Positions 10,488 to 23,679 of a stretch of 64,000 nt of DNA are shown here, one piece after another. Location of the stretch: positions 54,250,001-54,314,000 of the forward strand of contig OX597821.1 of assembly GCA_951406725.2 (NCBI GenBank), read 5' to 3'. The notes beneath the pieces are model-generated. The model had not been told where the DNA came from. It ran no database searches and saw only the letters and a program-made list of their open reading frames with translations. The translations under genes and the position numbers were made by a program. Each line of letters begins with the position of its first letter. Position 1 is the first letter of the stretch. This DNA is from Octopus vulgaris. Lineage: Eukaryota.

Positions 10488-10957
10488 GAAATTATAGCCA
10501 ACACTGATTTTACAATGTTTTGTGTCCGAGACGTCTGATATAAACAACAATGAGTTCAAAGATGAAAAGTGGGTAATGGGAATATATGACATATTTCAGG
10601 AGTATTTGCTCCTTCATCAGCACCCATTCAACCCATTAATCATCTGCGAACGTATTGCTTAAATAGACACTAAATTATAGCCACCGCTGATTTTGTTACA
10701 GATCATTAATATTTACATAACAACTTCCAGGACTGGCTTAATATGTAAAATTGGTAAATGCATTAATGTTACACTGCTATATTTACTGTCTATTTAAGCA
10801 ACGAGTTCATGAATGATTAATGGTTGAGCTTGATGAAAAAGAAAAAAGCTCCTGGCATATAGCATATATACCCATTTTTCATCTTTGATCTCATTTTTAT
10901 TTACATCAGGCATCTCAGATATGAAATGTAACAAAATCAGTGCTGGCTACAATTTCC
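10488..10957. mobile_element. diverged inverted repeat carrying an HHR (old PLE-type inverted pLTR)
   Basis: GAAATTATAGCCAACACTGATTTT...AAAGATGAAAAGTGGGTA...TTGCTTAAATAGACA is mirrored by TGTCTATTTAAGCAA...TACCCATTTTTCATCTTT...AAAATCAGTGCTGGCTACAATTTC. Confidence 0.7.
10575..10628 (-). ncRNA. type I hammerhead ribozyme-like motif
   Basis: Minus strand AATGGGTG-CTGATGA-AGGAG-CAAATA-CTCCT-GAAA-TATGTCAT-ATA-TTCCCATT. Core and stem II are intact, stem III is near-palindromic, stem I is imperfect. Confidence 0.7.
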
Positions 10958-11741
10958 ATAACAAGTGGTGTAATAGCACTGCTAACACAGCAGAACGCCG
11001 AATTGACTTATAAAAACGTTTAATATACTTTGTAGTATATAGAAATACAGTACCCTTACAGGTCATTAATACCCATAGTTATGCTTATTGCAAATACTTT
11101 TAAACTTGTCAATAACAGATATGCTGTTGTTTCATAAAGGGAGCTCTATAATAATTCTTACCCTGAGTAAAATATTATTTTGAGTTATTTTTACTAATGA
11201 TCCCAAAAAGGAATCATTAGTTTTTGTTGTATTAATAAGTTTACTTCTCCCTTACCTTTTGTCTCAGATAAATTCAAACACCTTAAGTTCATTATTTAAT
11301 GACCATCCCTATCTATCCCTTATCCTCAATTCCTTTCTCTACCCACACTCTTTCCAAAATGAATTTTGAAAAGTAATAATTGTCAGGTCGTTTTAAAATG
11401 TAAAGATATAAAGACAAGAAGAATGTTGGCTATACAGTGTTGAATATACTGTATTCAATATTGTAAGAGGAGCACCAACAGCTGGAAAGAACATTTGGAC
11501 AGACAGTAAGAAATTTAGAAAATCCTCAAACTATTTTAAGGTAGTTTCAGCATGAAGAAAGACAATGAGACACAGAGAAAAGGTGCAATATATTCATTAG
11601 AGAATAGATATCTCTACACACAAAACACATGAACCAAAGCATAAATAATACTTAAATGTTTTGTCATTTTGCTAATACTTGGATATATATATGTATATAA
11701 TCCAATTTAACTCACAAAAAATACAAACAAAGTATAATTAT

Positions 11742-11897
11742 ACAAGATATTTCACCAACTAAATTATATTGTATAAAAATGTTTTAATTTCTGCTCCTTT
11801 CAAAAATATGCTATCATATATAAATTATAATTTATATATGAAATTATTTTTATACAATATTTTTATGCAATATAATTTAGTTGGTGAAATATCTTGT
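11742..11897. repeat. 39-bp inverted repeat around an AT-rich spacer
   Basis: ACAAGATATTTCACCAACTAAATTATATTGTATAAAAAT versus ATTTTTATGCAATATAATTTAGTTGGTGAAATATCTTGT, with 1 mismatch. Confidence 0.8.
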
Positions 11898-12519
11898 TCT
11901 TATTTTACATGTAGACAATTCTTAAGTCTGGTAGTATTTTAAGAAATAATGAGCTAGAAATACTTCTAAAACATATCTAATTTAATAAATATCTAATCCT
12001 GTATATGTAAATATGACTGTTTATTTGTGTAAATGTGTAAATTGTATGTATATAGGAGTTTATTTGTGTAATCATTTATTTTGTCATTGTAAACTCTGCT
12101 GAAATTGAATGAGACATCCACCTGGGAAACTCAATGCAGTGATTCAGCATGATAGAAATAGTAGCTAAATTACAGCCTTTTCTAACAAGTGGAGTAGCCA
12201 CATATATTATTAATCCATTACAATGAATGTCCAATGTAAGGGTTGCAGCAAATATATCCAACACTTTACCCTGACAATATATCTATATCCACATTTAAAC
12301 AAAGCCTAAACTGAGAGAGAGAGAAAGGTGCAAGGAAGAAGAAGAAGAAGGAGGATGAGGAGAAGGAGGAGGAGAAGGAGGAGGAGGAGTACAAGAAGAA
12401 GAAGAATTTATTTATTAGTTCCATTGGCTGGAAGAAATATAGGATGGGTCTTCTATACTCAAGAAAACTGTCCTTCACAGTAGAAGTGTTAAAGCTACAT
12501 CTTCTGATGAAGGGGATTG

Positions 12520-12780
12520 GCCTGCACGAGTCCTGAGTCAGTGCCACATAAAAAGTACTTGTGCCAGTTCCGCATAAGTGTGTTCTTGCCAGTGCCATGT
12601 TAAAAGCACCCATCACACATTGTTAAGGGGTTGGTGTTAAGAAGGGCATCCAGCTGTAGAAACCAAGCCAAATCAGATGGGAACCTGGTGCAGCTCTCCA
12701 GCTTGCCAGCTCTGGTCAAACCATCCAACCCATGCCAGCATGGAAAACAGGCATTAAAGGAAGATCATGATGATGATGAG
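12520..12780 (+). mobile_element. RTE-type 3' tail repeat
   Basis: AAGAAGGGCATCCAGCTGTAGAAAC...CCATCCAACCCATGCCAGCATGGAAAAC...(GAT)n. Confidence 0.75.
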
Positions 12781-15700
12781 GCCCACATCACTTGATTGGA
12801 ATTAAAAGATGCGTTTTCATCAGTTCCAAACACTCTCATTAGATCACAACAGTTTTTAACCATTCTCTTTTTGAAACCAAATGTCAGCTGTTGAAGTACT
12901 CACTTTTCACACCTTCCAGCACCCAAAGTTTACCACCATCTTCTGTAAGGAATTATAACCACAGTCAAATTGTGTAGCAATCTCAGGGATTATGATACAC
13001 CACTCTGTATGAATTGATTCAGTTATTTGCTGGTGATTCATCTCTGTATTTGCAGTTGATTATCTTCCGCTGTATGATTTGTCATCAACGCTGTCTTTCC
13101 CTACTTCAAACTTCCTCATACATCTGTGCCCATTACTTTAATCACTAGTGTCATATTTGTAAGCTTTCCGTGGATATCAGACAGTCTGTGCCAAACCTTT
13201 GTCAAATACTCTATGATAGCACTTTGCTTCTGCTTGAAATTTATGATTTTCTTGCAAGGAAGATCAGGCAGGAGAGTAGAAGAAGAGTTACTCTATCAAC
13301 ATGAGCAGTTTGAATTATGTCAGTTAATACAAAGTTACGCCCACTTTTCTATTAGTTTCAGTTTAACCTTCATTTGTAGTTGTGTGTGAGTGTGTGTGTG
13401 TGTGTGTGTATGCATGTATATGTATAGATGTATGTGTATATATATATATGTGTATATATGCACACACACACACTCACATATATATATGCATATATATATA
13501 TATATATATATATAGATAGATAGATAGATATAGATAGATAGATAGATATATTAACAGTAAGCATATGTGTATATATGTATATTGATGTATATATATATAT
13601 ATGTATATATGTATGTATATATCTATACCTATCTATCTGTCTATCGGTCTATCTATCTATCTATTTACCTTCCTATGCATGCATGTATGTATGTATGTAC
13701 AAGATACATTGAAAAATATAGGAAAATCCAAAATAGGTTTATAGTCAATGAAAACCAGTTGGATAAATAACGTTGAAACTACATTGTTTGTCAGAAACAA
13801 AGAACAATATCAAAGTAAAAAAGCAACAGAAATTCTTATTTTGATTGAAAAACTTTGTTGTTTAGGAAATCATTGAAATTTCATCTGTAAAAGTAATTAA
13901 TATTTGTAGCTTCAGGTTGTTAGAAGTTTAGTTGAAACAAAAACCTATGCCAGATCAACAAAACTGTACCATCTTTCTATTTTCGCTTTTTTTTTTATTA
14001 TTAAATATCACAGAAAGATATTAAAATTAATAAGATTATCGAATCTAGGAGTTTCAGTTTTGTTTGTTGATGTGTCAGACTATTGGCAAAGGATTTGTTG
14101 GATCCAATCACATCACAACACAGTAAGTAGTCCAAGATCCAACAGTTATTGCTGTCTCAGTCTGTTGTACTGTAACTAGGCAACAGGCATTATTAATACA
14201 ATTTCTAAGTGTAAACCAATGTTTTGAATATCTTATTTGCTGATTTTATTCCTGTTATGGTGAACTACACTCATTGCAGCATTCAAGCATAAGTGAGAAA
14301 ATGCCTATGTCAAAAGAAATGGACATTCCCATTGACATTAACAATTTTTCGCTCATTCCAAGTCCATTTATTCATTCCCACTAGTCCTTTCATCATCCCC
14401 ATCTACTCCTTCCACAAATCTCTCTTCACTCCTCCTTCAGTCCTCTCTTCACTTATGCCACTGCCCTCTCCTCATTCTCCATCACAGTCCTCTACTCCCA
14501 CTCACCACAGTCCTCTCTTCACTTGTACAGTAGTCTTCTCTTGTCTTCTATCAGTCCCTCTCGTCATTTCCCTTATAGCCACCTTACTCTACCTCTACTA
14601 TCAGCCACTTCCCCACCACCAATCCACAAAAGAACAAACCACTAAAATCTCTATTCCTATTGAAGTCATTAAAATGTCAGGTAAAATGCCTTACACCTCG
14701 CTTCCAAAGTTCAGATTCTACCATGGTCAACATTGCTTTCCATCTTTATGCAGATGATAAATACAGTATCTATACTAAGCAGTACAATGTAGAAAGTTGT
14801 ATAGTTTAGTTGTTACAACACTGGTGATGTTTACATTCCTGTTCTCTATATTCTAACTTAAAATTCTGCTGCAGCCAACATGGGTGGCAGACTTAACTTG
14901 TTGGCCTGTTTCAACTAGCATCTAAACTTTAGGTGCATTTAGCAGAGTACATTCTGTTACCAATATTTAGGTCCCAATCCCGATTTGAAGATATTTTATT
15001 GTCTTCCTCCCATGAATCTCAGAAGCCTTTTAAAATGTCATGGGTACAGTTCTTCCTACTAACTAAAAGACAACAAAAAGTCCTCATGTGGTTCTGAGTT
15101 GTCAGCCCCTAGGAAAAAGATGTATGCACTAATTGATTTGAATGTCATTCTGACCAGCTACAATGGATGCTAGTAGGGTATTTTGACCCCTATCTGAAAC
15201 TGTTATATCATCATTAGTCTTTAATGGTTTAGTAGCTTAACTCCAGTTCAATGTAATTCTGAGTTTGATTCTGTGCCAAGTAGTTATATATCTAATAAAA
15301 GATTTGCAGAACAGAAATAAAGGACATACAAACTACATAGTAATTAAATTTGTTATAAAGAAGAAACAGAGGATTTCAACAATTCAGAGATGAGACAAAA
15401 TAGAGAAGTACAAACAGAAAGGCCAAGTAATGATAGATACAGTGGAGGAACCATGCTGGAAAATGGTCAATGGAAGTAAGAGAATAGAAGGGTGATTTGC
15501 AACAGTGAAGAAGCTTGAGTTAAGGAAGATAACGTAGACTTGTTCTATTTGTTATTTTTAAGAAATGGCTCATCTATAGTAAGGAGCATTATAGAACTTC
15601 TTTTTGTTTTCTTCTCCCATTTTTCTTTTCTTTCTGTCTTTTGAAAAAGGGCTTCTGCTCAAAATATCAAACTTATTTTTTGTATTTATAATATAAAATT

Positions 15701-17524
15701 AACTACCATGTAGCCTAGTTTGTTGTTTTTGTTACTTTTGTTGTACTTTCTTTCTGAAATCTATTTGACTTGGTTGCTTATCAAATAATGTTGATTTCTA
15801 AAGTTAGTAAAGATTGATAAGTGATATAAGTCAGTTTAGTCAAGGGTAGTATCAATCCCAGACTTAAGAAATCCAATATCTGAGAAGACTATTAAGTTTT
15901 ATGGTAGCAACTATGATAACATCCAAGACAGTTTGTTCTGCGTATTTGGTTAACTTATGGCATGTATGAAGATGTCTAGCTTTTGGGACAAAGATCATCA
16001 GAATTCTTCACTTTCCATACTATTCACATTTAGATTCCATCTCTATATTCTCTTGAAGAAATATGATATCGACTTTGGTCGGTTTTTCAATTCAGAATGT
16101 AGAATTTCTAAAGTATTAATGACTTAGTCTAACATACCTCGATTTATAGCACTCTGCTGATTTAATTCTGTAAAACTTATTTGAATATAGCATTGAAATA
16201 AAACAGGAACTGTAAAGTGTTACTCTATTTTTGTATATAATGTGTATTTGAATAAGTATGTATGTATGTATGTATATATGTATGTATGTACATATGTATA
16301 TATGTACGAATGTTTACACACACATTTAATATTCTATTATAGTAATTATATATTTCATCAACTTTTCTAAACATGACACACAATAGATGTCTATGTAGAA
16401 GGAAATATGTAAAGTCTCCCTCTCATGTGTCCACATTCTGCTATCAATGTTGTTCAAGTGTCATTGTTTTCACAGTAACATTCAATGTCATATTGTAAAC
16501 CTAGATTATTCACTATTCTCTGCAAGTGTCATTATTTTGACAAGATTCTATCACATTTTTGTATGGTTTTGATATACGAAATAAATGTTTATGTCTATGT
16601 TTTTATGTTGGAGTTCAATATACATATGTATATACGCACTTATATATACACGTACTGTGCACACACATTTTCTCTGTGTGTGAGTATCTATGTATATATG
16701 TATATACACACACATACACACACACTCACATGCGCACGCACACACACACACACACACACATACACACACACACAAATGTTTCTATTTAATCTCCTTACCA
16801 GCAACCATCATGTAGATTCTATGTTTCAATCTAACTTCCATCTCTTGCTTTCTGTCTGTCTGTCTGTTTCTCTCTCTCTCTTCATCCTCCCTCCCTCTGT
16901 TGTTTCCATTACTCTGCTTCTCTGTTACTCTCACACTCCTCTCACACTCTCTGATTCTTTTTCGTCACTCTCTTTTCTATTAACCTCTCACTTTTTGCTC
17001 TCTTCCCAAAAAGTTGTGTAGGAAACAAACAGGTAATACAGAGAAGGTGGGAAATTCACTTTAGCCTCACTTAGTAGGGTTGAGACAAACTTCTTTCGCT
17101 GCTGAATAACCAAGAAAGAAAATTATTGCTTAGCATGGCCTTTTGACTTTTACTGGTAGTTAGACAAATTCTCTATAACCAATGGCACTACAAAATGTTC
17201 CCAGTGCATTCTGTAAAGTGGTTAGTGATAGGAAAAGAATGATTATCATAATGTAATCTAAATGCATTAAAACGTACACCCTATCAACCAAAAGATGTTA
17301 TTTAGGGGTCATTGTGTTGCATTGCCAAATACATCAGTTAACTTTAAACAAATGTCCTTTTTTGCATTTTTCAATACTCAAACCACCACACAAAATCCAT
17401 AGTTTGTATTACATTATTTATCTATACAATACTCAGCATAATTGTATTGAGTGCTATATATGTTTTGATATGGTAATTAAGTTTCATACAAACTCTCTTT
17501 CAATCCCTTTCTCTACCCTCTCTC

Positions 17525-17562
<38 letters not shown>

Positions 17563-17780
17563 TCTCCTTCAGTTTTCCCTAAGACATTGTCACCATTATT
17601 TTTCTCTCCTTCCAGTTTCACCACAAACACTCCTACCCTCTCTTCTATTATGTGAGTAACTTTGTAGCTCCCCTTCAGCAAAAAATTTGTTCTGTTATGA
17701 ACCCTTCTCTCTCACCTTAGCCCCTCATCCCAGGATCTGAACTCAGAAAGCATTTATTTCTGCACTCTAACATTTCTGAA

Positions 17781-17965
17781 TAATGATGATGATGGTGGTG
17801 ATGGTGGTGGTGATGGTGGTGATGATGGTGGTGGTGATGATGATGGTGGTGGTGGTGGTGGTGGTGATGATGGTGATGGTGATGATGGTGGTGGTGATGA
17901 TGATGGTGGTGGTGGTGGTGGTGGTGATGGTGGTGATGGTGATGATTATGATGATGGTGATGATG
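17781..17965. repeat. compound (GAT/GGT)n trinucleotide repeat
   Basis: Read directly. It accounts for the poly-His and poly-Val/Met ORFs. Confidence 0.9.
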
Positions 17966-17989
17966 GGAATATTTAAAACAACAATAAAA

Positions 17990-19260
17990 ATAATATCTAG
18001 AAACCACACAGATATGAAGTTTGGGGTAAATAAGTGTGTAAGCTTAATGTTGTAGATCTTAAAAGATTAAATATGGTGGAATAAAGATAAATCAAGATGG
18101 TATCAAGAGATCACTGGGAGACAATGAAAGATACAAGTGCCTATGGCTGCTGCACAATGATAAGGTGACGGAAAGGAAAATAAAACAGAAAGTCTCCAAA
18201 ACATGTAAGAGAAGTATTAGGAAGGCACTCAAGACAAAACCAACTGGAGCTAAATGGCATCAAAATAGTCAATACATGGTTTGTGCAAGGGTTGAGATAG
18301 TCTGCTTCCATTTTAAAGCTGACAAAGGCAGAGTTACAAGAAATGAACAGAAGAAATAAAAAATAGCTCACAATGCATAAAGCCAGCCTTAAAGTAATTG
18401 TGACAGGCTCTACTTAACAAGAAATGAAGGCAGCAGAGACTTATTAAATGCAGAAGACACCATCATTGCTGTGATATTGAGTTTAAAGAACTGTGTTGTG
18501 CATAATGAAGATAGAATATTATCTGTGACCAGAAATATTGAAGAAGTTACTGAAACAGTGAAAATATTCAAGAACAAAGAAAAGCAGAATGATAGGACAA
18601 ATAGCTAGAATTAAAAGGAAAAGGAATGAAAAACTGAATTCCTTATTAAAAGCCACCCAGAAACAAGCCATCAGAATGAATTTGATAAAGCCAAACATTA
18701 ATAAAACCCAGGCTCTGTTGGAAATGGGGGATGAAAGTATTAGCCCTCCCTTAAGTGAGTGTAGTAAGCTAGAACAAAATGTATAAACCTCAGCAGCATC
18801 ATTGAAAGTGTACTGGGATGTTAGCCAAGTTTGTGCATTTGAAGTGATAGAAAACTGATATGAACATAAGCTATGTGCTGTGTTGGTGAATAATTAGAGA
18901 CTTTCATGGGATTTCATTGTAGAGACTAACCATGCTATTGAAGCAAGGAAATAAAATATGATCGTAGAGGACAACAAAACATGTCTAAGGTCACAGATTT
19001 TACAATACCATATGATAATTGAATGAATATCAAGGTAATTGAGAAAACTAAGAAATATCAAAAATTACCAGAGAAATGAAGAGATTGTGGGACACGAAGT
19101 TGAAAATGTTCCTGTGGTGATTGGTGCTTTTTTCCAAACACCAAAGCTCCTGCCTAAAAGAAAACTGAAGAATACTGGGATTGAGATACATTGTCAACTT
19201 GCAGAAACATACCATCTTGTCTTTTGTAAGAATTCTCAGAAAGATTGTTGAGATTGTAAG
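17990..19260 (+). mobile_element. highly degenerate R4/Dong-type (RLE) non-LTR retrotransposon
   Basis: Scattered peptides DMKFGVNKC, LKATQKQAIRMN, ESISPPLSECSKL, DFIVETNHAIEAR, DFTIPYDN and VPVVIGA are collinear with the better-preserved copy at 47211-48011. Confidence 0.7.
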
Positions 19261-19684
19261 TGACTTGTTATCACCAAACTTCAGGATAACATGTCTACTA
19301 ATCTAAATTAGCACATAATAGCTTTTGTAGTATCCAGCAACCCACAAATCTATATTTCTGAATGTCTTGTAGCCTTCAGATCCTAAATGCAAAAATAGGG
19401 AAAAATTAACAGAGAACAAAAGAAGCTGATATACAATAGATGGGAACATAAAACTTAATTGATTAAAGGGAAAATGACGAAAGAAAAGTATTGTATGCTA
19501 TGATAATATCTCCCCCCACAATGCAACAAATTATATAAGACTTATAGATCACTCCTTCAAAGGTTGCCTGCACCAACACTGTAGCTCATTTTTGTCACTA
19601 TAAAACACCATTGTACAAGCAAAGTACAATGCGATGTATTGTGGAATTTTATGTTTTGGTGCAACAAAATAAACAATATATTAT

Positions 19685-19835
19685 TGAGCTAGCAAAATCA
19701 TTTGCACATTGGACAAATGCTTTGTGGCATGTTGTCTGTTTTCATGTTCTGAGTTCAAATTCCGCCAAGGTTGACTTTACCTTTCATCCTATTGGGATCA
19801 ATGAAATAAGGGCCAATCAAGCACTGTGTTCAATG
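19685..19835 (+). mobile_element. SINE family B
   Basis: TTCTGAGTTCAAATTCCGCCAAGGTTGACTTTACCTTTCATCC. Confidence 0.65.
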
Positions 19836-19843
19836 TAACTGAG

Positions 19844-21700
19844 TTAGCCAACAAGGAAATAGAAAATCTTGTATTCACCGAAAAAGGCTGTGAGTTCCCA
19901 CGGGTCAGAGAGCCTGGTTTTGCTAATGGCCGCCACATCCACACTGTAAGACCTCAGGTCGTTTAAGAGGTGACCTTGTTTCCGAGGCGACCCGAGACCC
20001 CTGACATTTATGCAATCAATTCTGAGCACAGCCATGTCAAAACGATTTACAAAGGAGAAAAACTCTACCTACAACTGTTGTCTGGTGGGATGGCCCCCTT
20101 GTGTTTCCATGTGGGTATTTCCACGAGATTTTTATATAATTTTTTTGTGAAACTTTTCTCAAGCGACCCAACATCAGTTGTGAATTTTGTTTTGATGATG
20201 TTCTTGTTCTGTTGTGTGATTTTGAAAATCAGTATGTGTGCTGGTAGTGTGTTGTGTGTGGGGATGATAAAATCTGCCATTGTGGTGTATGTGCTTTCTT
20301 TTAGATATGTCCCTAGTTCTTCATTCTTTTTGTTTATTGCTGTGATGTTTGAGATGGTGGTAGTGTCTGTATGTGTTATAATTTGTGTTGGTGTTTGAGA
20401 TGGTAGTGCTGGAGGTGCTGTTGTTGTTGTTGTTGAATGTTGTGTGTGCATCGTTAGGAAACTCCGCTTCTTTGCACCTCTCCACCTTTTCAATTGTCTC
20501 TTTTGTTCTTTTCTTTGTTTTCTTTTTCAAGGGAACTGTGTGCCACTCCCCCTTCTCAGTATCAGTATTTGCACTGTCCAAGCTGATTTGGTCAGGAAAG
20601 GGGATGTCTTTGGGGTTTGCTTTCGTTTTTTGTAGTGGGACTTCACCTGCTATTTCTGGTGGTGGTGGTGTTATTGCTGGTGGTAGTGGTATTGGTGTTG
20701 GTGTTAGTAGCAGTGGTGGTTGTGGTGGGAGTTGTATTCTGGCTGGTGTCTGTGATGTTGGTGTTGGTCTAATGATGGTTGGAGGTGGTGTTGCTGTTGC
20801 TGATAATAGTGGTGTGGGGGCTTTTGGTTTCAGCCTCCACTGCATCTGTTGTTGTTGTTGCTGCTGCACTGGAGTTGCCACTGACACTAGTGTTCTTTGT
20901 TCTGCCTCCTTCCCTCCCTGTATTTGGAGCAATTGACCTTTAAGTGCTTATTGCTCCCACAGAAGTAGCACTTGGGTCGTCTTACCTCCACAGCAACGTG
21001 GAGTCTTGTGCTATCTGGCAAATTTACAGAGTTGGGTATGGCATTTATGCTTTCTCGTTCAATTGAATGAGTAACTGCATGCCCATACCCGAACAGTTTT
21101 GGTGGTGCAATTTATGCACTTCTAGTATTGTGGCAGTGTCCTAGCCAGCATATATTTAGTTCAGGTGGCACTTGGTCTATTTTATTTTTGTGATGCGCCG
21201 ACCAAGGTATGTTGGCACAAGCAGTAATTCTTCGGTGTTATGGGGCACTGTGGAATGCTGCCTTGCCTCCTGCTTGGCTGGAAAGTGAACTTCCACAGTG
21301 CCAAATCACTTTCCTTTGGTCATATATGTTTTTCTTTGACCATATTGGTCTTAAAGCAATCTCCAACAGCTGTTGAGTTGCCAATTCTATCTTTTACAGT
21401 TTTGTATTGAATATTTTGTATGTGATTGTTTTTCTGTTGGTTGCATTGATTAATTCTTGTGCGGTGTTAAGGAAGACATTGTTTCCTTCCTTCCTTAACA
21501 ACTCCTTTGAATTTCTTATATCACCAATTGTTACATTGATTTCTTTGGCTGTTTGTTCTGCCAAGGATGTGAAACCTTGTTGTTGTTGTCGTAGCTGCCT
21601 ATGTTGGTGATGGTGGAGGTGGTGAGAGCAGGGAAATGCTCATTTGAAAGGCGGTTCAAGGAAAAGCCTTCACTTCCCTCTCTAGCATTGCACATGCTGG
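19844..21700 (-). mobile_element. Tx1/L1-like LINE 5' half: gag-like ORF1 remnant plus start of ORF2 APE endonuclease
   Basis: ORF1 zinc knuckle VEVRRPKCYFCGSNKHLKVNC (CX2CX4HX4C, ~20929-20992) followed by a Pro/Gln/Thr-rich tail. ORF2 starts at 20035 with MAVLRIDCINVRGLGSPRKQ...VDVAAISKTRL (APE N-terminus) and is truncated after ~60 aa. Confidence 0.8.
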
Positions 21701-21829
21701 AATACTGCTTCTCATTCTCTTCTATGCCTTTTAAGGTGTGGAGTGGGTAGAGACAGTTAACTTTTGAAATTACTTTTTTGCAGTCGTTTGACTGCAGAGG
21801 GTGTGACGCATAAAGAAGAGAAGAGCTTA

Positions 21830-22031
21830 CACTCCTCTCATAGACATTTTTGTAAAATTTTGAAGTGAAATATGGAAACTGAAAATTGAAAATGAAAAAT
21901 TCGCCCTAAAAGGGGCCCAGTCGGCTTGGCTAAAGAAATAGTGAAAAATTCGGCGAGATACTACAAAATTTTCTATCAAAATTGGGCAAAAACTCACAGC
22001 TTCCGAATACATGTCCTTCTGCTTTGAAGCC

Positions 22032-22091
<60 letters not shown>

Positions 22092-22125
22092 AAGAAGAAG
22101 AAGAAGAAGAAGAAGATGAAGAAGT
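21830..22125 (+). mobile_element. probable retroelement 3' UTR ending in (AAT)n then (AAG)n
   Basis: A CpG-containing unique segment ends abruptly in (AAT)n, like Dong-type 3' ends. Family not verified. Confidence 0.35.
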
Positions 22126-23679
22126 ATTATCAAAGCTGACTAATTTTCAATCACTTGAAGTCCTATACCATAGACGTTTTTATTAAATACATTATCTATG
22201 TATGTTCTGAATGTGACCTTCTAGTAGTGGACATCCTTCTCCAGTCTAAAACAAAACCAGAAGTCAGAGATATGAGGAATTATTAATATCAAATAATAGA
22301 ACACGTAACTGAATCTGGGTTAAAGCATTAGTTTCACTGAAGCTTCTGTCAGTGATCTATGATAACTGCCTAAATTAACTAAGACCTCTCTCATTGAGAA
22401 GACAAGGCAATGGTAATTTCAATGTTCTTCTTTCTTAAATATTGAACAATTAATTATAATCATTAATAGTTTTCTTTAAAACTAGTACAATCCTTTATTT
22501 TTCAGTGCTGCCACAGCTGGCGTCTAAGTTTTGAAATCTTGATGGGACTTTAACGATAGTCTTTTGTTCTTCTATTTGCCTTAATATCATTTCATTATGT
22601 TCTATATGAGATGCTCTGTTACAAGCATAAATCAACTGTTTTTGTATTGTTAATAATAAATTAATTAATATTTTACAGTAAATATTTAATTAATATTGAT
22701 TAATTAATTATGGGTTAATGATTTGAAGTTAATTAGTGTTCATTTTCCAGTTATTATTTTTGATGTGCTTTTTTGAAAAAAATCTATTTTCCTTATTTTA
22801 TTTTTGGAAAAATTTATTTTTCTTTTGTGAAGAAAATTCTTTAAAAAATTTGTTAAGACTGCATTATTGCAACATAAGCATTAACAACAAACAAAAGGAA
22901 GTATTCCTTACATGAACCTGAGCGTTTGGGTTTTTAAAAGAAGATCAGAAGTTGTGTTGTTCATTACTTGATAAAGGTTTCAAGAAATTATGAGTAACAG
23001 TTTCTAACAGGAGTTAAAATCTTATCCTGGGCTCATCTCCCTGTCATTCAGCTCAAAACCATCCATCTGATCTTTGTGTACCTTTAGTGGGCACTAATCT
23101 ATTACAAGCATTCAGGCTAGGTGCCTCATCATGATAAATTGCTGTAATACTCCCTATTTCAACAATCTATGTCAAGAAGTTTATATAAATATCATACATG
23201 CTACTATTCTATAAGTCATACAATATAAACTTTATAGACACTACAACATTACAACTTTTTATAAAGTTAAAACATGTGTTTCCTTGTAACTTATAGTTTT
23301 ATACCTTAGTGAAAGAGATTTCTACAAGCCATTGTTATTTTTTATGAGGGTATTTTGATACTTATATCAAAAATAAGAAGCTATATCAGATTATAACAAA
23401 TTTGCATCAAAATATGCCAAAATACACTTATAGGTAAGAATTTAATATCAAACTTTATTTAAGTATGTGTTAAACTACATAACCCATGCTAGCATGGAAA
23501 GTGGACGTTAAGCGATGATGATGATGATCAAACTATACCTAAACATGTATTGAACTATCCATAAACTTATGTAAAACTGTATTAAAAATATATATTAAAC
23601 TATATTTAATTAGTACTAAACATAATAAATAATAAACTTGAGCAAAACTGTATCAAACTATACTTAAACATTTATTAAA

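Noticed and set aside
17717-18055. Poly-His and poly-Val/Met ORFs
   Set aside because: They are translations of a (GAT/GGT)n microsatellite, with no splice or coding context.
20321-20936. Pro-rich and Gly-rich ORFs as host genes
   Set aside because: They are explained as the low-complexity tail of LINE ORF1 and its antisense frame.
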